Shown piece by piece: positions 1 to 8,199 of a DNA stretch of 14,957 nt. The stretch spans positions 20,012,574 through 20,027,530 of the forward strand of contig CM119268.1 in NCBI GenBank assembly GCA_051294375.1, given 5' to 3'. Made by a program: the position numbers and the translations under genes. Position 1 is the first letter of the stretch; each line of letters opens with the position of its first letter. The DNA is from Paraspadella gotoi (taxonomy: Eukaryota; Animalia; Chaetognatha). The notes under the pieces are model-generated. The model was not told where the DNA came from, did no database searches, and was given only the letters and a program-made list of their open reading frames with translations.

Positions 1-880
1 TCGAGGTGGCGCGATGCTCGGGCGTGGGTAGGCGTCGTCGACGCGGCGCACCGTGACGGCCATTGGAAGGCGCCGGTACGGTCGCGCCGCATGGAACGGG
101 AGAGCGCATCGGGTTCCGGGTAACGTGAAGTCGGCGCGGACACGCCAAGCGGAAGTGGATCGTCGGATTATGCCGAGTTCCAACGAATTTTTTCAAACTC
201 GGCTTTGGCGCGGCAAGTCTATCGGGGGGGCGAGACGGCGGCGCGGGCGAAGACGGGCGACCTTTCGTTGGGACTATGCGTGTTGCGACGCCGTTGCGTT
301 GGGCAGGTACGCCGAGTGAAGACGAGCGTTGTAAGTTCCGGTCGCTCATGTCAACGAAGCGCGGAGTTAGGCATCGCGGACGTGTAAAACGCGGCGGGCG
401 CGCGTGCGTGAGGCGGCGTCGTGGGCGGGGATGGCCAGAAGATGACAGTGGTAGTCGTCGAGGTCGGAGGGAGATACGGCCGTTGGATATCAAACGCTCG
501 ACGATGCATGCTCCATCAAACAAGCTGCGCGCCGAGAATGGCGTGGGCGACGCGTCCGGCGGGATGGAGATGACGAGGATAAGCGGAAAAACGCGTTTCC
601 AGTCTACCCCATTTCTCGAATGCCAAAGGTGTGTCGGCAATGCGGCGTTGGTCGTGTTCGGCGGCGCGGCGAGTGCGGAGCGTTGCATGCTGGCGAGCGC
701 GCCTTCTGACGGCGGCAGGATTGGCTTTCGCGCGCCGCGGGGGTCGGGGCCCACTCCAGTCGCCGGATGCGTCGGGTGGCTCGCGCACTAGAGAAGGAGT
801 TTAGAGTCGTTTTGGCCAGCAGCGACGTGGCGGACCTCCTACGGGTGGCGCGGCCTGCTCTCACTGTGAACAGAGACCAT
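1..880 (-). pseudogene. pol: Frameshift-riddled copy of pol 5' part (aspartic protease and RT N-terminus)
   Basis: The reverse complement of ~1-680 aligns by eye with the clean copy at 14320-14918. Shared blocks include acctttggcattcgagaaatggg, cgcgttttacacgtccgcgatgcct, gccaaagccgagtttgaaaaaa and ggaactcggcataatccgacgatccacttccgcttgg, with many 1-3 nt insertions. The 5' boundary (~880) is approximate. The frameshifts may be read error rather than decay. Confidence 0.88.
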
Positions 881-938
881 CTTTGTGACCGCAGCCCTAT
901 CTGTGGCGTCAGCGTGTCCGGTCTGGCCCGTCGCGGGA

Positions 939-2100
939 TTAGTTCCCGTGGCATCGTTGAAGGCGTTGGGGCCGAAATTCGTAACATGTTAAAAGCACTT
1001 TAGCTTACGTCCTCGTCACAGTAGGCGGTTCCTTGATGTGGCGAGTCTCTAGTGGGAACAGTAGGCGCGCAATGCTCAGATAAATTGGCCCGGGCGTGGC
1101 CATGCTGCTGCGTCCGCGTGTGCTGCGCAGCATGATCGCTGCCTGGCGAAAAAGAGCGGTGCGTGCGTGGAGCGCTGGCGGCGGTCGGGCGGACTGCTTC
1201 GCCATAATAGGAGGAGGGCGGGGGCGGTCGTCGGCGCAAATTCCAGCTCGATTCGTTTGGATGTCTGCCAGTAGGCTGCGGTCCAGCTAGTGACTTCAAT
1301 TGGACTCCGGTGAGCGGCGGTTCGACGCGGAGGTTGAGGCGCGATCGAGATCGAAGCTGGGCGGAAGGGAGGAAGATAACTCGTCCGGGCATCTTTGCCG
1401 ATGTCGGGGGCTTTCTATGTCCTTACGGCCTGAGCTGGCCTGCACTGAACGTGTTCCCTCACGCTCTTCCGCATGGGGAGGCGGTCAGAGCGCCAGAGAT
1501 GCGGGCCTGCTGACGATGTAGGGCTCGCATGGCTGGAGGGCCCTTCGGAAGGACGGCGTCAATCGCAGAAATACGGTGATTTGCGAGAGGGCTGACGGCG
1601 TTTCAGCGACGTCCATCTTCAACGCGCTTCTGCGGGCGGCCTGGTGGGTGGCCCGGTTGGCATCTCCTCCCCAGATAAATGTTGGTTTTAAGTGGCGACA
1701 AGATTGGTGTGTGGGCGCGGTCTTGAGCCGCGTCGATGCGGCAGGAGCGGTGTGTGAATCAGCCCCGAGGCGGGCCGTTAGGGATGGGCAGGCTTGAGGA
1801 TTTGCCGGCGTCTTGCTTCGTCGCGCGCAGGAACGTTGGGTAGCGCCTGGGGTGGCGCCAGACATTCCACAGGCGAGTGTGAGGTCTCCAACCACTCCTC
1901 GATGTTCGGGGGCGGTCAACAAGGTCGTCAGTTGTTGGCGGTTTCGTCTTCTAAGCAGGGCGTGCGGACGGAAGAGACGAGGAGCGGCGGCCGGTCCCCT
2001 CGGGGGCGGCCGTTCACCGGGGCGCCGATTATCTTCCTGTGGGGGAAGGCCGAGTTCCGTTGAGGCGGTGCTGGCGTCATGGCCTGATGAAGGAGTGTGT
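939..2100 (-). pseudogene. gag: Frameshift-riddled gag region
   Basis: Lies between the PBS and the protease on the minus strand. Minus strand 997-951 reads C-F-*-H-V-T-N-F-G-P-N-A-F-N-(slip)-C, resembling the Cx2Hx9Cx3C knuckle of CsRn1-type Gag. Weak remnants such as EEWLET (~1890) and TPSAL (~1595) are visible. Boundaries are approximate. Confidence 0.7.
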
Positions 2101-2420
2101 CTCTCAGTAATGGAGAAAATTTTGCGAATTTCAACTCGTTAAATCATTTCAAAAAGTTTTCGATTTTTGTTTTCGAGATTTGGGTAGAGAGGATGCGAGC
2201 GGCGTGCGTGGAACGCCTCGGTCGTGGCCGGCGCTCCGCCCGTCGGAGATGAGAGGCGACTTTGCCCAGTCGGTTAGCTGTCATTGTCTCTCGTCTTCGT
2301 CGGCTGGCGATGAGACGAGAGCGTTGCTGTGGTCGGCGACGGAGAGTGCAGAAGAGGGAAGAAAAAAAATGAGTGAGCAGATTTTTTATTATTTTTGTTC
2401 GGTTTGTTTATTTTGTTGTG

Positions 2421-2439
2421 ATTTCACGGAGGCTCACCA
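2421..2439 (-). promoter_or_regulatory. Primer binding site, possibly tRNA-Trp type
   Basis: Minus strand reads TGGTGAGCCTCCGTGAAAT, starting 2 nt after the LTR end. It begins with TGG and resembles TGGTGACCCCGACGTGAT (complement of the tRNA-Trp 3' end) with several differences in noisy sequence. Confidence 0.65.
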
Positions 2440-2441
2440 GG

Positions 2442-2667
2442 TGGTGGACGGACAGGCAAGTTGGAGGGAGTTAAGAATGATTTTATTCTTCAACAAGGCT
2501 TAAAAACGATAAAACAATAACATAGGCTCAGATTGCCTAAGTCTATAACAATAGATCATTTTACAAGGTCAGAGAGTTTGACCATAAAGAAAATGGAGGG
2601 AAAACGGTCGAGGGTAAGGTGGTAAGTTTCCAGTTTTTGTACCGAGGTTGCTGTTGTAGTTGTTCGT
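2442..2667 (-). repeat. 5' LTR (inverted; terminal ~5 nt missing at the junction with pol)
   Basis: Reverse complement of 5424-5647. For example tttattcttcaacaagg pairs with ccttgttgaagaataaa, agtttgaccataaaga with tctttatggtcaaact, and ggtaagtttc with gaaacttacc. Followed on the minus strand by the PBS. Confidence 0.92.
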
Positions 2668-2668
2668 G

Positions 2669-4298
2669 GACTTTAACGCCGACGTCGCCGGGAAGACGGT
2701 CTTCTCGAAGATTGACCTTTGCAAAGGTTACCACCAGATTCCCGTTGCAAAAGAAGATCGTCACAAAACGGCAATTATCACACCGTTTGGGTTATACGAA
2801 TTTCTCTTCATGCCATTTGGGTTGAAAAATGCCGGTCAGGACTTCCAACGTATGATGGATCAAGTCCTGAGCGGCATCCCCCATGTTTTCGTTTACTTGG
2901 ACGATCTCCTCGTAGCGTCTCACTCACACGAGGAACACCAAGAAGACCTCAAACGCGTCTTCAACGCCCTCGCCGACAACGGCCTCATTGTCAATCGCGC
3001 CAAGTGCGTTTTCGGCGCATCCAGCCTCGAGTTTCTCGGCTACAACGTCGACAAAGATGGCGTTCGACCACTTCCGGCAAAAGTGGAGGCGCTACGTGCG
3101 ATGGCAACGCCCACTTCCGTCAAGGAACTTCAACGCTTCCTCGGCGTCTTTAATTATTATCGTCGTTTTGTTCCCCACGCCGCACACCATCTCGATCCAC
3201 TTCTCGAAGTCCTCCGTGGGAAACCGCGCGCGCTTAAGTGGGCGTCGCCGCAAGACGCCGCTTTCCAGGCAATCAAAGATGCACTTGCAGACTCCACGAT
3301 GCTGGTACACCCCATCGACGGCGCCCCTCTCGCTCTCACAGTCGACGCCTCCGACGTTGCTGTCGGCGCTGTCCTCGAACAGCTCGTCAACGGCCAATGG
3401 CAACCTCTTGGTTTCCATTCCAAGCCGCTGAAGCCAAACCAGCGCAAATGGCCTCCCTTCGACAAGGAGCTCCTCGCCGCCCACGCCTCGATCCGCCACT
3501 TCCGTCCATATCTTGAAGGGCGCCGTTTTACTCTTTTCAGCGACCATATCTCGCTCGTACCGGCGCTGAGGAAGAAGGCGGAGCCTCACACAATGAGGCA
3601 GACATATCAACTGGCGGGCATCGCCGAATATACCGGCGATATTCGCCACATCGCCGGGAAAGCCAACGTCGTCGCCGATGCACTCTCTCGCCCGCCAATG
3701 AAAACCCCGTCCCCGCCGCCAGCGTCGCCAATCAACGCGAACCAAACCGCGCCAGCCTCGAACGTTCAAAAAGCGCGTGACGACATCGCCGCCACCGTCA
3801 ATGCCGTCGGCGCCCTTCAAATCAATTTTGAGGCAATGGCGGCAGATCAGGCCACCGACGACGACGTACAGAGGCTCCTCAATGACCCTCACACAGCACT
3901 CCGTCTAAAAAACGTTCCAATAAGGAACACAACGCTCGTGTGCGACATTTCCGGTTCGCGGGCACGCCCACTCGTCCCTATGTCATGGCGCCGACGCGTT
4001 TTTGATGCCACCCATGGCATTGCTCACCCAGGGGTTCGCGCATCAAAGAAACTGATTACAACGCGTTTCGTTTGGCCATCCGTCTCATCCGACGTTGCGA
4101 GGTGGGCGTCATCATGTGACACATGCCAGCGCGCCAAGACCCAACGTCATGTCCGCGCGCCTCTCCAGCATTTTGAACCACCTTCAAAACGATTCGCCCA
4201 TGTCCACATCGACCTCGTCGGACCACTACCCGCTGTTTCTGGCCACACACATCTCTTGACCATGATCGACCGCTTTACGCGCTGGCCGGAAGCGGCGC
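2669..4298 (+). CDS. pol: Gypsy Pol polyprotein, partial: reverse transcriptase, RNase H, integrase zinc finger and start of core
   Basis: Stop-free frame. RT motifs: FSKIDLCKGYHQIPV, TPFGLYEFLFMPFGLKNA, YLDD (2894-2905), LEFLG. RNase H motifs: LTVDAS (D at 3344), DKELLA, SDH, NVVADALSR. Integrase motifs: H-GIA-H...C-DT-C, VHIDLVGPLP, IDRFTRWPEA. 5'-truncated at the inverted LTR and 3'-interrupted by Ns. Confidence 0.97.
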
Positions 4299-4323
4299 NN
4301 NNNNNNNNNNNNNNNNNNNNNNN
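4299..4323. other. Assembly gap (25 N)
   Basis: Run of 25 Ns seen directly; it separates clean from indel-rich sequence. Confidence 0.99.
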
Positions 4324-5400
4324 CGGCGCCGCCTCCCGCGGACACGCTCCTCAGCCGCCTTCATGTTGCCGGCGCCTTTCTTACCAGAAATGGGTCTCCC
4401 GTTCGGCAGGTCCTCCGTTCCGTCAGGGGTTTCAAAAACCCCCCACTGATCCGTGGCGCCAATTCACGTCGGATTGCTTGCTCAGGGCGCCAACAGTGGC
4501 GGCAGTCGTTGCCCTCTCGATCCCTTCTACACAACACCGCCCTTACACACCCCCAATCCCCAAGCGGGCATGGTAGAGCGATCTCCATCGAACGCTGACA
4601 GCGCGCCCTTCGCGCCTCGCGGTTGACGACGCGCGGCGAGGAGGAAAACTGCGCTGGCCGCAACTTCCCTGGACCTTCTTGACGCCCTCACCCGCGCAAC
4701 TCCACGGTGAGATTTCCGACGCCCGTCAACCGCCGACATCTGACGCCGCTGCCGAGTTCACTCCCACGCTCCCCAGAGTGAGCTACTTCCCGGTTCCCCA
4801 GAAACCCGACGTCGACGGCCGCCGCTCCGCGCACCAAATCCTCGACCAGGTCTCCGAGCTATGTTGCCCTCATTCTGGCAGCCCCTGCCCCGCCGTCTTG
4901 GCACGCGGCGGCCGCCCTTCTCACGTCCGGGCAAACTCTCCGCTGACGCCGACCGCGTGTCTTACGTCAGACGCGTGACGCACTCGACGCCGCTTCCAGC
5001 CTCCCCCGACGCCTTACGTCCGTGCCCTGTGAACGCAGGACCGGAAAACCTTCCAAAGTCGAAATCCCGCGGGCCTGTGCGGTCGCAAGTTCATGGCTCC
5101 GTCGACCGAGTTTAACCGGCCGTCACTGACAGCTCGCCCCTCCTGACCCACCTTCGGCGCACGCCCCGTGGCCGCTCCCGTCGAGTCTACTGCTCCCCTC
5201 CCCCGTATCCCCGCTCCCGGAAACGGGAAGCGGGCGCCACTCGCGGTCTTCCACGACGCCGCGCACGTTTGCTCATACAAGGACAAATCCTTTCAATCCG
5301 GCCTTTTGAACATTCTTCCGACGATGCTTAGCCGCCGGAGATGACGACGGAAAAGCGACGACAAATTCAATGATTTCTCAGCCTTCTCCCCATGCCGGTC
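4324..5400 (+). pseudogene. pol: Frameshift-riddled integrase core/C-terminus and 3' end of the internal region
   Basis: Motif remnants across shifting frames: tgggtctcccgttcggc (WVSRFG-like, ~4391), actgatccgtggcgccaattcacgtc (TDRGAQFTS-like, ~4446), ggcatggtagagcga...catcgaacgctg (GMVER.HRTL-like, ~4567), caacttccctgg (QLPW, ~4661) and tacgtcagacgc (YVRR, ~4963). The end of coding is not resolvable. Confidence 0.85.
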
Positions 5401-5409
5401 GAAAGCCTT

Positions 5410-5418
5410 GGATGGGGG
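5410..5418 (+). promoter_or_regulatory. Polypurine tract
   Basis: GGATGGGGG a few nt upstream of the 3' LTR start. Confidence 0.7.
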
Positions 5419-5423
5419 TACTG

Positions 5424-5647
5424 TGTGGACGGAACCAACTAACAACAACGCAACCTCGTGTCAACTGAAACTTACCAACCTTACCCTTCGACCGGTTTTC
5501 CCTCATTTCTCTTTATGGTCAAACTTTGCCCTTGCTAAATATCTATTGTTATTAGACCTTGCATCGGTGATGCCTTTTATTGTTTATCGTTTTTTAACCT
5601 TGTTGAAGAATAAATAATTCTTACTCTGAAACTTGTGTTCGTCCACA
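5424..5647 (+). repeat. 3' LTR (~224 bp)
   Basis: TG...CA termini with terminal inverted repeats TGTGGACG(G)AAC / GTTCGTCCACA, preceded by the PPT, homologous to 2442-2667, and followed by an abrupt shift to AT-rich flank. The start could be 5422. Confidence 0.93.
5609..5614 (+). promoter_or_regulatory. Putative LTR polyadenylation signal AATAAA
   Basis: AATAAA 33 nt before the LTR end; conserved in the inverted LTR (TTTATT at 2482-2487). Confidence 0.6.
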
Positions 5648-7724
5648 CTATATTTCTTTAAATATTATAGTGCTGCTTAAAACATTTTAAACAACGTAAA
5701 TATTCAATAATCCTTTACATTTAAACAAAAATTAACATTACATATACTTATTTATAAGTACATGGAAAGCTACCAGAGAATCACAGACAGGTCCAGGGCA
5801 AACTCTGATTATCGATCCGGCAACCTACTGCAATGTGCTATTTATTGCCCATATGTTCAAGGGTTTTTTGGTTTTTTTTGGATCAGCTGTGACCCCTCGC
5901 TCCCTCCTTCTTTCCCGCCTCTCTCGCGCTTTACTTCTCTCCAATCCCCTCCCCTTTATCTCCCTCCTCTTCCTCTTTTCTCCTTCTCCCCCCTCGCCTC
6001 ATTTGCGTACTCATCCGACCAAAATCGACCAAAATTCGGGTCATTCCTCATTTATTATTTCAGGTTGTAACGCCGCGTGGGGCTATCTGTGCGTCAAGTT
6101 TCCCCCCGCGTTGGACCTTGTCTCTCTCCCCCGGCCCCCTGTCCTATCTCTCTCTCCCTTCTCTCCTCTGACTTTGCAACTTTCTCAATTGGCGACGATG
6201 AAAGCGCTGTACGTTCGCAAAAAATGTTCATATGTCCCAATTGTAAACAGTAGATTCGGGGAGACGAAGCGGATTCTTTTTTATTCGCTCCATCTTATTA
6301 GCTAATATCTGATTAACGAGAAAAAAGGACAACTCTGCTAAAATACTACTTTAAACAAGTACTTTTATTTGAACACGACCCGCTTTTTTTAAGGCTCAAA
6401 TATCTGCAATTAAGCTGATTCCAATAATTCTGTTTAATAAAGGGCCCTTTAATTGGTGGCTTGAATTTTTATAGCCTCGAATGTATGCTGTCTCTCATTG
6501 GAGTAGATGTGGTGATTGTATACCCGGGTTCTCCACTTCATTTGAGTTAAAGACGAAGACTTTTTTACATCAACGATGATTTATTTTGTCAGACATGTTA
6601 CGGGTCCTTTTGACCTTGTCAACTGTTAAAATTAATTCATAAGTGAAACTATGAATGATATAAGGCAAATATGTGTTACGTCAAGGGTGAAGAAGTAAAG
6701 AGAAAGGAATTCCAAAATTAAAAAATTATCTTAACTTTCCTTGCATCAAATTTTGAAGACAAAGTGGAAAATGGACAATAATGCGACATGATTTGTTTCC
6801 CTAAAAGTTGCAAAATAGATTACTCTTATATGATTCAAATAGCTGGCAAAGATGGTTTTAACCAATCCCATTATTTTTGGCCTTAATTATATATTATTGC
6901 AAATTAAAATTAATTTTGTTAATAGTAACTTAACAATACTGGAAAAAGTAGTTTTTCTCTGAATTACGAGATCGTAAGCAGAGGCCTAAACGTTTCTGTC
7001 ATTAACTCATCGCCAGAGGAATTACCAGACCTGCTAGGATCCAAAATGGAAATCAACGGACTCGGGCGAAAATCCAGCCGGACAAGCAGAAGTGAACTTT
7101 CTTTCATTGGTCTTAAGACAAATGTCATCGGCAGTCCGCATTTGGCTTCCTCCGCCCTGCTCTACATATAAACAACTTAATTACTGTCTCTTTCAGCTAA
7201 TATGCTTGGGTTGACTTCAGGCTCGCACCATTTGTGATTGGACAGAGACTAAAGTACTCGTTCACCAACCAGTTGAGTTCCGGGTCACGGGTTCACGCGC
7301 CTCACGGTCACGCTTCTGTGTTAAAGTGGTTGATGGATGTTGCATCAAATCCGCGCCAGTAACTGGAGGCGTCACTGAGGGGTCGGCGTATACCTCCCAA
7401 AGCAACAGTGAGATGCCACATCCAATCCGCATCACAGGCAACCCGGCTGGTTGCCATAAGTGAGTGAGCCCTACTATCGAACACGCAACCGCTGCGTACC
7501 ATCGCTCACGTCGTTTGCTTAAGGCGTATGCACTCCCACGCCTATGCCTTACTGCATCGCTTCGCTCGCTCTTTAGGGCGAATGAGTCATCTCTCAAGAA
7601 CAGGTCACTCTGCGGACTTCTGGTCACCCCAGTGTGCTTGTCTTGGGGGGGCATGTGTAGGCGAATTCCTAAATTGCCTTCCCGTTATCAGCTTCCGGTC
7701 TGAACTCAGCTCGTCCCACCTTGC

Positions 7725-7960
7725 CTTGGACAGCTAACGTATTGCGCTAACCAAGCCGTGGGGTTCGGATTCAATCGCCTCACGGTGCACGCATGGTTAA
7801 TTTGATGGTGTCGACATTAAACACGCCAGTGACATGGGCGTGGTCACTTGCAGGGTCCAAAGCCCTGAGCACCGCTGTTGGAGATGCCTCCACCCCCAGG
7901 CATCACAATGTCCCTCCATTGCCATAAAGTCGAGATTAAGCCACTGCTCAAACCATCGTT
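7725..7960 (+). repeat. Possible degenerate tRNA-derived SINE-like repeat
   Basis: B-box-like GGTTCGGATTC (7762-7772) about 35 nt after a weak A-box-like TGGACAGCTAA, inside a GC-richer island. Resemblance only; no second copy in the window. Confidence 0.22.
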
Positions 7961-8199
7961 GTTTCATCTGAGGCCAAAAATATAAACCCAGAATCCTTGA
8001 TGGCCGCTTGACTACTTGCTCATGTCGATGCTCATTAACCCCTCGATTTTCATAGAAACGTGGAGTTTCTGCTCGTTTTCGATTCGGGAAGATGACCTCA
8101 TTAAGACGGAATTGTTATAGTACAATGTCATTTTTCAAGCGGAATGCCTTTTCAAAAGAGAATGTGTGGACAAGGCGGCTAAGTGGCTGCAAATGATTA

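Larger units (their letters stand above)
1..5647. mobile_element. Ty3/Gypsy (Metaviridae) LTR retrotransposon, CsRn1-clade-like; 5' half inverted relative to 3' half in this assembly
   Basis: Two homologous ~225 bp LTRs (2442-2667 minus, 5424-5647 plus), a PBS, a PPT, and PR-RT-RNaseH-IN domain order (integrase after RNase H, as in Gypsy rather than Copia). Clade call rests on a Trp-like PBS, a CHCC-like gag remnant and short LTRs (established traits applied to noisy sequence). Confidence 0.93.

Noticed and set aside
2084-2120. CTGATGA hammerhead-core-like motif
   Set aside because: No matching stems around a GAAA core could be formed by eye, and it lies in noisy gag-leader sequence.
53-2503. 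Numerous short Arg/Gly/Ala-rich ORFs on both strands
   Set aside because: Shadow or off-frame ORFs of the GC-rich, indel-riddled gag-pol on the minus strand.
2669-3200. Prokaryotic RT system (retron, DGR, group II intron, CRISPR-RT)
   Set aside because: The RT is LTR-type, fused to Ty3 RNase H and integrase, with LTRs. No repeat-spacer array or template/variable repeat pair was seen.
3092-3892. 266-aa antisense ORF within pol
   Set aside because: Expected from GC-rich codon usage on the opposite strand; no recognisable motif.
2660-4576. 638-aa ORF as a complete gene
   Set aside because: The TTG start and first codons come from the inverted LTR, the ORF crosses an N gap, and the post-gap part is frameshifted. 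Only 2669-4298 is reliable.
2442-5647. Inverted terminal repeats suggesting a DIRS-like element or DNA transposon carrying RT
   Set aside because: The repeats are ordinary LTRs with PBS and PPT, the element encodes a DDE integrase rather than a tyrosine recombinase, and the inversion is explained by the flipped 5' half.
5762-6305. Leu/Ser/Pro/Phe-rich ORFs and a 10-bp tandem duplication CGACCAAAAT (6016-6035)
   Set aside because: The ORFs reflect pyrimidine-rich low complexity; the two-copy duplication has no supporting context.
6438-6451. Perfect 14-bp palindrome TAAAGGGCCCTTTA
   Set aside because: Isolated and short; about one such palindrome is plausible by chance in 15 kb.
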